Shown: positions 28,542 through 37,372 of the stretch, in pieces
Layout of the letters: each line of letters starts with the position of its first letter
How positions within the stretch are numbered: position 1 is the first letter of the stretch
IMG/VR virus record: IMGVR_UViG_3300029305_001143
Direction: 5' to 3' (one strand)
DNA: 60,299 bases
DNA from: an uncultured virus (IMG/VR IMGVR_UViG_3300029305_001143)
Taxonomy: Duplodnaviria; Heunggongvirae; Uroviricota; Caudoviricetes
Notes under the pieces: generated by a model
The model's input: the letters and a program-made list of their open reading frames with translations, nothing else
What the model was told of the DNA's origin: nothing
Databases searched by the model: none
Position numbers and translations under genes: made by a program

Positions 28542-29600
28542 TTATATGAAGTGTATTGATTGTAACTTATTAGGTACCCACTCGAATATCATGAATCTCT
28601 TGTGAGCTCCAACATATCCTTCATTCTCTGACCACTCATCTGTAGGTACTGAGGTAGATAGTCTTCTGACTGTCACTCCATATAGATCAGAAGCTTCCTC
28701 ATGATGCAGATGACCTGTATGTATCTCACGTACCTTAGCACTAGCGAACTCCTGAGGATACTCTACAGTGAAGATACTACGCAGACTCTTAGGATCATTA
28801 TTCTTCTTTGTATATCCATGAGTAATACCTATGAAGCATCCATACCAAGAGATACACTTTCTCTGCTTCAGGCTATCATCTACATGTAGATTAGGGAACA
28901 TACACTCTAATCTCTGTACGAATGCCCATGCTAGTGACTCATCATGATTACCTTTAGAGTAGATAAGATTAACTCTATTAGCATGCTTCAATGCATGATA
29001 GATGACATTGTACCAGAATGACTCTGCCATCCTCCAAGCTAGTACCATATCTACTTTCTCAATAGATCTACCTGAAGATGTTCTACCTCTAAAGTCATCA
29101 TTATGGAATAGATCCTGTCCTATGATCAGATTGATCTCATCATAGTGACATCTATCAATGATAGTAATCAGTTCTTCTAATGTATCTCTGTAAGATGAGC
29201 TGGGGAAGTGCATATCATACAGAGGAATCTCTAACATCCTACGTGATGACTTATCAATCTTAGTATCTATCAGAGTAGGATGAGTATTCTCTTTAATGAA
29301 TGTAGTTAGCTCATCCATATTGACTGAGCTACTATGCTGACGTACCCATGCTTGTACTACTTCTCCGTCTCTATTAACCTGGACAGTGGCACCATAGGCT
29401 TCGAAGTTAGGATAGGTACCATATTGTAGAGTCATGGGATCTGCATATAGCTTATCTCTCCACTTACGGAGAGCTCTACGGAATGTCTCATACGTACAGC
29501 TAGCATACTTACTCTTGTAGAACTCTTCATATATCTGACGAGTTGTCTTACCTGAGGTCAGTAATTCTAGACAGTATATCTTGTCTTTGATATCTATCAT
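28542..29600 (-). CDS. Calcineurin-like metallophosphoesterase with N-terminal HTH-like region
   Basis: DMH, GQDLFH, GNHD, THG, GHLHH. Confidence 0.85.
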   Translation of the reverse strand: MIDIKDKIYCLELLTSGKTTRQIYEEFYKSKYASCTYETFRRALRKWRDKLYADPMTLQYGTYPNFEAYGATVQVNRDGEVVQAWVRQHSSSVNMDELTTFIKENTHPTLIDTKIDKSSRRMLEIPLYDMHFPSSSYRDTLEELITIIDRCHYDEINLIIGQDLFHNDDFRGRTSSGRSIEKVDMVLAWRMAESFWYNVIYHALKHANRVNLIYSKGNHDESLAWAFVQRLECMFPNLHVDDSLKQRKCISWYGCFIGITHGYTKKNNDPKSLRSIFTVEYPQEFASAKVREIHTGHLHHEEASDLYGVTVRRLSTSVPTDEWSENEGYVGAHKRFMIFEWVPNKLQSIHFI

Positions 29601-29853
29601 AAGATACCTCCTATGTTGATGAATCCACCACCATCACCATCGAAGATATTAAGTAGAGGAGCTTGAGTCCGCCTTCTCATTACTCTATCCGAGATCATCT
29701 ACTCCCCAATAGATGATTGATAGCTACCTCCTCTAAGAGATAATCAATATTACAGGTATCCTACACATCTCATGATGTTGTACTATACCACGTTATCCAT
29801 GATATTATATGCTAATATCTTATTAGATTTCAATCAGATGATAGTACAGTACA

Positions 29854-31644
29854 TTAGATTTTAATCTGTTTACGATCATGGAACTCAGCATACTTACCTG
29901 GATTGAACTGAGATACCTTTCTGATGTATCCTGTAATTCTCTGATAGAGTTCTGTCTCCTTACCACAGATAGGACACTCTGTATAAGATCTCATCAGTAG
30001 TCCATGCTCAGGGCAGATAGCATTGAGTGGTGATAGAGATACATAAGGAGCAGAGTATTCATTCATGACAGTACGTATGATCTGCTTAGCTTGCTTAGCT
30101 GTGATAGGTCCTTCGAGATAGCAGTGGATGACTGTACCTCCTGTGAATAGAGTCTGTAGATCATTCTGATGATCGAATAGCTGCTGGATAGATTCTACAT
30201 TCTTGACTGGCATGTGACAAGAATTAGTGTAGTAAGGAGCATCTATTGTACCCTGAGAGATGATTTGATCACCGAACTCTAGTTTATCGAGACGAGCTAA
30301 TCTATAACATGTAGATTCAGCAGGAGTAGCTTCTAGATTGAAGAGCTGATGTGTCTCTTCCTGATAATCAGAGAGCTTATCTCTCATGAAGTTGAGTACA
30401 TCGATACAGAATTGATGAGCTTCATGATCTAAGATATCCTTACCTAATAGGTTGAGGCACATCTCATTCATACCTACTAGTCCGATAGTATTGAAGTGAT
30501 TATCTAATGTACCTACATATTCTTCGAAGGCAGGTAGCATATGTCCATCTAAGATAACTTTCTGTAGGAAGTCTCTCTTGATGACTAGAGAATCTTTGGC
30601 TAGATCCATATACTCTTCTAGATCGATATAGAACTGAGCGATAGGATCAAGATAAGATGTCTTAGTCTTAGCTAGGTAAGCTAGTCTGGGTAGATTGATA
30701 GTGACTACTCCGATAGATCCTGTAGAGTCACCAGAGCCAAAGAGACCTCCATACTTCTTAGAGAGCTCTCTCATGTCTAGTCTGAGTCTGCAGCACATGG
30801 AACGAGCATCTTCTGGATCCATATCAGAGTTAATGAAGTTAGCGAAGTAGGGGATACCGTACTTACCTGTCATCTCCCAAAGTAATTCATTATTAGGATT
30901 GTCCCAGTCGAATCTCTCAGAGATATTGTAGGTAGGAATAGGATAGGGGAAGGACTTACCAGATGCATCTCCAGAGATCATGATCTCACAGAATGCTCTA
31001 TTGAACATATCGATCTCAGGCTGACAATCTTTATAAGTGAAGTCCTGCTCTACTCCTGCTATGACAGCTTTCTTATCGAGCATGTACTTATCAGGAGTTA
31101 AGTCTAATGTAATATTAGAGAATGCAGGTTCAGCTCCAGCACGAGAGTTAGAGTTGATAGAGTAGATGAAGTTCTGCATATGCTGCTTGACTTCCTTGAA
31201 TGTCAGCTGATCCTTCTTGATATAAGGAGCTAATAGTGTATCTACATTAGAGAATGCCACAGCTCCCATGATCTCATTCTGGAAGATAGATGTTAGATTG
31301 ACTAACTGATTCAGAGCAGACATGAAGTGGCTCGCAGGAGAGGATACAGGAATGTTCGATACACCCCTTACACCCTTTTCAAGGATCTCTCGCAGAGAGT
31401 ATCCGCAGCAATAGAGAGTCGGTACACCTGAAAGATCGTGGATGTGGAAGTAACCTTCGAGGTGAGCCTGCACAATCTTAGGATTATGCTGTGAATAGAC
31501 TTCACGTAGCCAGTAGTCTTTACCTACCTCACCTATCATATGCTTACCAAGAGCACCGATACTCTTGATGTTATTACTATTCTCTTTGACTCTCCAATCC
31601 TCCTCGCTCAGGTAGGACTCTATAATTTCTTTACTAGTTTTCAT
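29854..31644 (-). CDS. nrdD: Anaerobic (class III) ribonucleoside-triphosphate reductase
   Basis: HIHDL, SMCCRL, GSIGVVTINLPR, ATPAES, TGG, CPEH..CPIC, glycyl-radical motif RITGY. Confidence 0.95.
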   Translation of the reverse strand: MKTSKEIIESYLSEEDWRVKENSNNIKSIGALGKHMIGEVGKDYWLREVYSQHNPKIVQAHLEGYFHIHDLSGVPTLYCCGYSLREILEKGVRGVSNIPVSSPASHFMSALNQLVNLTSIFQNEIMGAVAFSNVDTLLAPYIKKDQLTFKEVKQHMQNFIYSINSNSRAGAEPAFSNITLDLTPDKYMLDKKAVIAGVEQDFTYKDCQPEIDMFNRAFCEIMISGDASGKSFPYPIPTYNISERFDWDNPNNELLWEMTGKYGIPYFANFINSDMDPEDARSMCCRLRLDMRELSKKYGGLFGSGDSTGSIGVVTINLPRLAYLAKTKTSYLDPIAQFYIDLEEYMDLAKDSLVIKRDFLQKVILDGHMLPAFEEYVGTLDNHFNTIGLVGMNEMCLNLLGKDILDHEAHQFCIDVLNFMRDKLSDYQEETHQLFNLEATPAESTCYRLARLDKLEFGDQIISQGTIDAPYYTNSCHMPVKNVESIQQLFDHQNDLQTLFTGGTVIHCYLEGPITAKQAKQIIRTVMNEYSAPYVSLSPLNAICPEHGLLMRSYTECPICGKETELYQRITGYIRKVSQFNPGKYAEFHDRKQIKI

Positions 31645-31750
31645 AATGATCTCCTCCTTCTGATTTCTGAGCGGAATATAATATAAGTCATGGCGGATGA
31701 CTCATAATACAAGATATCTACTAGGGTACCTCATAGTCTATATACAAGAA

Positions 31751-31783
31751 AAGGAAGGACTAAACGCATGGCAGTCCTTCCTT
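31751..31783 (-). terminator. Rho-independent terminator
   Basis: AAGGAAGGACT-N11-AGTCCTTCCTT then TTCTT on the minus strand. Confidence 0.6.
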
Positions 31784-31836
31784 CATAGTATGCTATTCTC
31801 TTTGATGTTGATGATAATCATGTAGTTAATCTCCTA

Positions 31837-32334
31837 TCACTTAGTTACTTTTGATTTCTTCTCCCTCAAGAGATTCTCTTTGTGACTCATGACTGTTGTC
31901 ACTATTCTATTCGAGGACATTTTATTGATCTCAAACTCATAACCAAAGAAGTCCTCTTCTATATCCTCAGACAGAGTGATGAGGTAGTCGTAGTTGCAGT
32001 TAGATACTCTACCACTTTCTACTAACAATGTAGGCATGCCTAAGAAGTATTGACTTTCTAAGTGTTGTCTATTTGATTCAGGTAACTGCTTCATCAATGC
32101 TCTCATGTCTTCTGTTATCTTAGGTACAGACTTCACTATCATGAATGAAGCTAACTTACTAGGAGACAAGAACCAATCGACATCTCCTAACTCTTTGAAC
32201 TCTAAGTAAGCATCTCTTAGCATTTCAGCTATTAGCAGTGCCATATTGTTAGGATGAGCATCTGAGTGTTGATAGAGTACAATCTCTCTTCTACTTGATT
32301 CATTACGGAATACAATATTTGCTTTAGTTGACAT
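31837..32334 (-). CDS. Hypothetical protein
   Basis: MSTKANI...LYQHSDAHP...YDYLI, a recurrent phage pattern. Confidence 0.75.
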   Translation of the reverse strand: MSTKANIVFRNESSRREIVLYQHSDAHPNNMALLIAEMLRDAYLEFKELGDVDWFLSPSKLASFMIVKSVPKITEDMRALMKQLPESNRQHLESQYFLGMPTLLVESGRVSNCNYDYLITLSEDIEEDFFGYEFEINKMSSNRIVTTVMSHKENLLREKKSKVTK

Positions 32335-32350
32335 AGGTTAATCTCTCCTT

Positions 32351-33023
32351 TTAATCGAGATCGTCGCCTATGATGGTGTGTATGACAGAGGTAGTGGATT
32401 CTTCAGTAGACTTACGACCTTCTGGTATCTTCCAATAAGGTATTCTAACTTTATGATCTACTGGCATTAGTTTCTTTATATTAGAGATCTTAGCTGTAGA
32501 TTCATGAAGTAATTCTATGACTCCTTCATAGACATCTTCTTCATCTACCCAGACTACTAATGTACCTTCCTCATACTCCTCTTTCTTGAATATAGGACCA
32601 TCAGATACATAGAGTATATCTTTCATCTCATGAGTACCGATATACTCTCCGTAAGATGTTACTAGTCCTACTCTGTTAGTCTCTCGATAGACTGCTACTA
32701 CTTGATATATGCAAGGCTCTCCTAACTTATCAGTCACAGGTAGCCTGAGCTCATCTAAGATGTAGACTATATTCCCTGCTGATACATCTACGGAGGAATG
32801 ATGCATATGCTCTTCTTTACATATTAGAGCTTCCTCATAACTATAGAAGATGTAGATATAAGATACTATATGACGCAGACTACTACCCTCTGCAGCTATC
32901 TCTTGTAGTACTTTATATCTTCTCCTATGATCGTCTGCATACCCTTCGATGATACCTTCTATGATCTCATTTAGAGATGTAGAATAGATATATACTCTAT
33001 CTCCTATTGCTGGGTCTCTTCAC
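32351..33023 (-). CDS. Tandem SH3/KOW-like protein with a +1 frame discontinuity at codon 4
   Basis: The frame of track ORF 32351..32806 stays open to about 33019. The RBS-backed GTG at 33023 is one base out of frame. Confidence 0.55.
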
Positions 33024-33322
33024 TATATCTCACCTCCCTTCAGCTCAATACAATACTCTACTATCATATCTGTATCACTAGAAGTCGAAGCATAGTCTTC
33101 CCAGTATACGTAATCCTCATCAAGCTCTACTCTGCCAGAGATATCATAGATAGTACCATTTATCTCTGTAGCAAAATGAACTTGATGAGGATCGTACACT
33201 ATATGAGAATCAGTGAATCTACTTTGCAGTATATGAGCGAACCAGTAACAAGCACAGTCATGGAATAATCTCTCGTTGGAAGGAGATTGGAATACTTGGA
33301 TGAATGATAATATCTCCTTCAT
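33023..33322 (-). CDS. Small Cys-His-Asp (papain/transglutaminase-like) protein, paralogue of 35208..35537
   Basis: CYWFAHIL..RF...YDP..VHF...YDISG. Confidence 0.65.
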   Translation of the reverse strand: MKEILSFIQVFQSPSNERLFHDCACYWFAHILQSRFTDSHIVYDPHQVHFATEINGTIYDISGRVELDEDYVYWEDYASTSSDTDMIVEYCIELKGGEI

Positions 33323-33337
33323 TAGGATCTCCTAATA

Positions 33338-33625
33338 TTAATTGAATTGTCTAGACTCTGCTACCTTCTTTCGAGCGATAGCCTGCTGGAGAGCTTTCAG
33401 CTTTCCTACATTCTGACGATAATACTTCATCTCTCGGATGAAAGTGTAGCCTACGATCTCTTCTCCAGTCTCTTTGTGAGTCAGGAGAGCATAGGTAGTA
33501 TGAGCACCGATATTACCGAACTCTACATTATAACCCATATTATTGACTTCAGTCAGCTGATTCTCCAGCAGAGTATCGACCTCTGTAGTCTTATAGTTCT
33601 TGACCTCAGTTCTGATATTAGACAT
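33338..33625 (-). CDS. Hypothetical protein
   Basis: 95 aa, AAGGAG RBS. Confidence 0.7.
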   Translation of the reverse strand: MSNIRTEVKNYKTTEVDTLLENQLTEVNNMGYNVEFGNIGAHTTYALLTHKETGEEIVGYTFIREMKYYRQNVGKLKALQQAIARKKVAESRQFN

Positions 33626-33665
33626 AATATATCTCCTTATTATTAATTTAGAGATGATGGCTGCA

Positions 33666-34559
33666 TCAAGCAGCCACCACCAAATTCATGAATTCATTCA
33701 TAGTGGAGGGACTCAGACTATTCAGGAATCGATTAGTCTCCCAACGAGGAGTCTTACGGACATAATCCTCATGAGTGATAAGATCGCTGTAAGCATTGAT
33801 GATACCCCACTTAGTACCTTTGAAGTTCTGGTTGTCATCAGCATTGTAGGCTGCTACGAAGTTCTCTCGACGATCAATGATGTAATTCTTCGTACGATCA
33901 GAGACATCTTCAGGGATAGCGAAGAATCCCTCGACGATCTGATTGAACTTCTTAGGAGTAACTTTCTTGACTGCCAACTCCTGAGCCACAGCATCATAAT
34001 TCTTCACATAATCGTAGACTCCCTGCATAGTCTGACGAGCTACCAGCAACTTCTCATCCAGATCACCCTGGTGACGGATATTAATAGTAGCAGGGGAATC
34101 TTTAAAGGAAGAAACGAACTGATTCTGACAGACGATACGCAGCATGCAGATCGTAGTCTTGATAGAACAACTTCCATCGTGACTGTTCTGGAAGATCAGA
34201 TGAGGCTCGATACTATCACCGAGCACAGTCACCTCAGGGAGCTTACCGATCATCCAGATCATACCACCAGAGGATCCAGCATTCAGGAGCTGGACATCAG
34301 GGAGATGATCCACGAAATCGAGAGCTTCACGATTCTGACAGAGCTGATATCTATCAGATACTACTCCGAAGACTTCTTTAGTGTCTGCTCGAAGGATAGC
34401 CTTCTTATTAGGTACCAGGATCTCAGTACCTTCATGCTTGATCATCAGATCCTCAGCTACCACATCATAATCAAGATCAGCAGACTTCAGCAGATCCATG
34501 TAATTACTGACACCATTAGCTTTAGTGCCGATGTTCTCCCAAGTACTCATTCTAGTCAT
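33666..34559 (-). CDS. DUF932-family protein
   Basis: ADLDYDV, GVVSDRYQ..QN.EA, NSHDGS, RIVCQN, IRH.G, GTKWG.INAY.D. Confidence 0.85.
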   Translation of the reverse strand: MTRMSTWENIGTKANGVSNYMDLLKSADLDYDVVAEDLMIKHEGTEILVPNKKAILRADTKEVFGVVSDRYQLCQNREALDFVDHLPDVQLLNAGSSGGMIWMIGKLPEVTVLGDSIEPHLIFQNSHDGSCSIKTTICMLRIVCQNQFVSSFKDSPATINIRHQGDLDEKLLVARQTMQGVYDYVKNYDAVAQELAVKKVTPKKFNQIVEGFFAIPEDVSDRTKNYIIDRRENFVAAYNADDNQNFKGTKWGIINAYSDLITHEDYVRKTPRWETNRFLNSLSPSTMNEFMNLVVAA

Positions 34560-34606
34560 AATTCATTTCTCCTTCAAGTTAAATTTTCACTAGTAAGAGT
34601 TTCACC

Positions 34607-34644
34607 CTTACATTATTATAATTCGTGATGAGAGTTGAAATCCC
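34607..34644 (-). promoter_or_regulatory. Class I promoter
   Basis: AGGGAT-N14-CGAATTATAATAATGTAAG. Confidence 0.8.
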
Positions 34645-34825
34645 TTCTTTTATTATTTCTTTTTATCAAATAATCGTCGAATTCTTTACTCTTACGTATC
34701 TGAGCTTTATCCTCTTCATACTTGATCTTCTCATCATGATAATCTTTACAATTACTATGACAGGTATCTGTCTTAGTGACCCATCTCTTAGTACATCCGT
34801 GACAACAGTGAATTCCTATACCCAT
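34616..34825 (-). CDS. Small Cys/His protein
   Basis: C.GC.KR.....CH..C..Y. Confidence 0.6.
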   Translation of the reverse strand: MGIGIHCCHGCTKRWVTKTDTCHSNCKDYHDEKIKYEEDKAQIRKSKEFDDYLIKRNNKRRDFNSHHEL

Positions 34826-34838
34826 AAGATGATACCTC

Positions 34839-35090
34839 TTAGATATTACCTAACTCTAAGAAGATATCATCACCTGTGATAACTACTACATCATTATTCT
34901 CTCTATAGATAATGAACGCAGGAGCTTTCTTTACCTGATGAGCAGTCAGGATCTCTATAATATCTGGAGTTGCTTCTTGTAAATGATAATAGAAGAACTC
35001 TATACCTTTCTCGGTACAGTGTTCTTCTACTACAGGCTTTATACTCTTGCATCTGTGACACACAGGAGTACCTAACATGATTACTCTCAT
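34839..35090 (-). CDS. Glutaredoxin/NrdH-like redoxin
   Basis: CHRC and cis-Pro motif KKAP. Confidence 0.75.
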   Translation of the reverse strand: MRVIMLGTPVCHRCKSIKPVVEEHCTEKGIEFFYYHLQEATPDIIEILTAHQVKKAPAFIIYRENNDVVVITGDDIFLELGNI

Positions 35091-35132
35091 ATTAACACCA
35101 CACTATTCAGTTGATATGTAGATAATCTACGA

Positions 35133-35207
35133 TGGCTGGGGTGGGTGGATTTGAACCATCGATGTGGGAGTCAAAGTCCCATGCCTTAACCGCTTGGCTA
35201 CACCCCA
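35133..35207 (-). tRNA. tRNA-Gln(TTG)
   Basis: Cloverleaf, loop CTTTGAC, CCA. Confidence 0.92.
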
Positions 35208-35537
35208 TTATATTTCATAAGTCTTACCATCCTTCAGGATGACTCCTCTTATGATTCTACCATTCTTCATCCAATATGTCTTCGGTTGGAGGATAGACCA
35301 GTCATACTTATTAGTTACCTCACCTGTGATATCATACAGGTGAATACCGAAGTAGTCGTCGAGGATACGAGTTACGAAGTGTCCTTCAATAGGATCATAG
35401 AGGATCTCTCCTCCGAATCTCTCCTGGAGGATGATAGCGAAGTAGTAACAGTATCCATTAGTGAATGTCCTATGCAGTACATCTCCCTGCTCGTACTGCT
35501 TGAACTTCTCAATGAACTCTAATACTTCATTATCCAC
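35208..35537 (-). CDS. Small Cys-His-Asp protein, paralogue of 33023..33322
   Basis: GYCYYFAIIL.ERF...YDP..GHF...YDITG. Confidence 0.7.
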   Translation of the reverse strand: MDNEVLEFIEKFKQYEQGDVLHRTFTNGYCYYFAIILQERFGGEILYDPIEGHFVTRILDDYFGIHLYDITGEVTNKYDWSILQPKTYWMKNGRIIRGVILKDGKTYEI

Positions 35538-35565
35538 TATATCACAACCTATGTTGATTAAAATC

Positions 35566-35641
35566 TGGTGGAGATTGAGGGACTCGAACCCACGACCCCA
35601 TCCTTGTAAGGGATGTGCTCTCCCAGCTGAGCTAAACCTCC
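35566..35641 (-). tRNA. tRNA-Val(TAC)
   Basis: CATCC-CTTACAA-GGATG, CCA. Confidence 0.93.
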
Positions 35642-35727
35642 AGATATAACACTGTGAACCAGTTTACACGCTATAGGACTGAGAACTCTGGCAAACTCTC
35701 CTATCCAGCTGTATCTCACAATGTCTA

Positions 35728-35818
35728 TGGCGGAGAGTGAGGGATTCGAACCCTCGCTACGATCACTCGTACTGTCTGCTTAGTAGGCAGATCCCTTCAA
35801 CCTCTTGGGTAACTCTCC
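35728..35818 (-). tRNA. tRNA-Ser(ACT)
   Basis: TCTGC-CTACTAA-GCAGA, long variable arm, G73, CCA. Confidence 0.88.
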
Positions 35819-35821
35819 TTG

Positions 35822-35896
35822 TGGTGATCGGTACGGGAGTCGAACCCGTGTTACCTCCGTGAAAGGGAGGTGTCTTGACCACTTGACCAACCGACC
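35822..35896 (-). tRNA. tRNA-Glu(TTC)
   Basis: CCTCC-CTTTCAC-GGAGG, CCA. Confidence 0.93.
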
Positions 35897-35900
35897 ATTA

Positions 35901-35977
35901 TGGCGACTCCGACGGGACTCGAACCCGTGACCTCTAGCGTGACAGGCTAGCGTTCTAACCTACTGAACTACGGAGCC
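35901..35977 (-). tRNA. tRNA-Asp(GTC)
   Basis: CTAGC-CTGTCAC-GCTAG, CCA. Confidence 0.94.
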
Positions 35978-35980
35978 ATA

Positions 35981-36067
35981 TGGCGCAGAGGGAGGGATTC
36001 GAACCCTCGGTCCTTTCGGATCACTAGTTTTCAAGACTAGCTCTTTAAACCTCTCAGACACCTCTGC
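35981..36067 (-). tRNA. tRNA-Ser(TGA)
   Basis: CTAGT-CTTGAAA-ACTAG, long variable arm, CCA. Confidence 0.92.
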
Positions 36068-36071
36068 ATAT

Positions 36072-36156
36072 TGGTGCGGATATGGGGATTCGAACCCCAA
36101 CGCATTTCTGCACGAGAACCTAAATCTCGCATGTCTACCAATTCCATCATATCCGC
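36072..36156 (-). tRNA. tRNA-Leu(TAG)
   Basis: CGAGA-TTTAGGT-TCTCG, CCA. Confidence 0.92.
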
Positions 36157-36162
36157 ATAAAG

Positions 36163-36234
36163 CGAGGTAGGTTGGATTCGAACCAACGCATAAATACTTC
36201 ATCAGCACTTGCCTTACCTCTTGGCTACTACCTC
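36163..36234 (-). tRNA. Aberrant tRNA (nominal anticodon ATG, G33, no encoded CCA)
   Basis: Acceptor GAGGTAG/CTACCTC, D and T arms intact, loop TGATGAA. Confidence 0.55.
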
Positions 36235-36237
36235 ATA

Positions 36238-36312
36238 TGGAGCTACCGAGGAATTTCGAAATCCTGACCTGTGGATTACAAATCCACTGCTCTGCCTCTG
36301 AGCTACGGTAGC
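36238..36312 (-). tRNA. tRNA-Thr(TGT)
   Basis: GTGGA-TTTGTAA-TCCAC, CCA. Confidence 0.9.
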
Positions 36313-36833
36313 TTATTGAATCTTTTCTTCCACTTATAATTCTCAGTGAAAGAGTGACAATTAGGGCATAGAGCTTCTAGATTATCCAGTAGATTGTCCT
36401 CATGCTCTCCATTCTTATGGTGTAACTCTAAGTTAATCTTAGAACCTAGCCACTCAGTTAGTCCGCATCTTTCACACTTCCACTCTTTGATACCATAGAA
36501 TACTAAATACTCCAGGAGTCTATTACCTACATAATAGGTATGTCTTCCTTCGACAGTATCTACTAATCTCTCCCTACACTTCTCAGTATTGAGAGCTGTC
36601 ATATGCTCAGAGAAAGCTTTTCTTCTTTCATCTGTCCAGTAGCCTTCTGCAGAACAACCTGACCTACGCTTACCTGGAGGGTTGAGATTTTTCTTACCCT
36701 TCTCAACCTTTCTAGCTTTAGCTTCAGGAGATTGATTGAGAGCTACCCACTTATTAGAGCAACTTCTACAGCAGAATCTACCAGAGCCGAAAGTACCATC
36801 ATGTTCTTTACCACATTGTTCACAGATAGCCAT
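36303..36833 (-). CDS. HNH homing endonuclease
   Basis: CERCG..EW....LELHHKNG...DN..DNL..LCPNCHS; N-terminal C..CG...GRFC..SC module. Confidence 0.88.
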   Translation of the reverse strand: MAICEQCGKEHDGTFGSGRFCCRSCSNKWVALNQSPEAKARKVEKGKKNLNPPGKRRSGCSAEGYWTDERRKAFSEHMTALNTEKCRERLVDTVEGRHTYYVGNRLLEYLVFYGIKEWKCERCGLTEWLGSKINLELHHKNGEHEDNLLDNLEALCPNCHSFTENYKWKKRFNKLP

Positions 36834-36929
36834 TAGATTAACCTCCTTAGTAGTTTCACTAATAAAGTTAATCGAACCTGTGAGTTGCTTGAACCTATAG
36901 TATCATACTACCAACTGAGCTATAGCATA

Positions 36930-37139
36930 TTATCTCTTAGGATTATACAATGTCTTATTCTGATTGTACTCTTTGTTGTAGCACTCAGTATGCAGGAACT
37001 TAGTCTTCTGCTTGAATGACTTCTTAGTTCCTTTAGATCCTTTGATAGTGATAGTCTCATAATTACCGTAGGTGATAGACTTACCACAGATCATGCATCT
37101 CTGGTGGTATGCTTTCTGAAGAGCAGAATCACAATACAT
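36930..37139 (-). CDS. Small zinc-binding hypothetical protein
   Basis: Start at MYCDS after GGAG; CMICG...HTEC. Confidence 0.6.
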   Translation of the reverse strand: MYCDSALQKAYHQRCMICGKSITYGNYETITIKGSKGTKKSFKQKTKFLHTECYNKEYNQNKTLYNPKR

Positions 37140-37157
37140 ACTATCATCTCCTAAGAG

Positions 37158-37233
37158 TGGTCCAAGTGGGGAGACTCGAACTCCCAGCTTCATGCTCCCA
37201 AAGCATGCCGTCTGCCAATTGACTTACACCTGG
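37158..37233 (-). tRNA. tRNA-Pro(TGG)
   Basis: CATGC-TTTGGGA-GCATG, C1-G72, A73, CCA. Confidence 0.9.
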
Positions 37234-37323
37234 ATGTTCCGTGGACTTATTGTCATCGCCACGGAGATAGTCTATCCTTTATGATAGACCACAACGCTTA
37301 CATTACTGTAACGTCCATTTTCA

Positions 37324-37372
37324 CATGATGTCCAGAGTCGAACTGGCTTGTATCTCCCACAAGTACATCATG
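37324..37372 (-). ncRNA. D-armless mini tRNA-like element
   Basis: CATGATGT/ACATCATG stem, CTTGT-N7-ACAAG, CCAG-TTCGACT-CTGG. Confidence 0.45.

Noticed and set aside
31695..31715. NrdR box upstream of nrdD
   Set aside because: Only one half resembles the palindromic consensus and there is no tandem second box.
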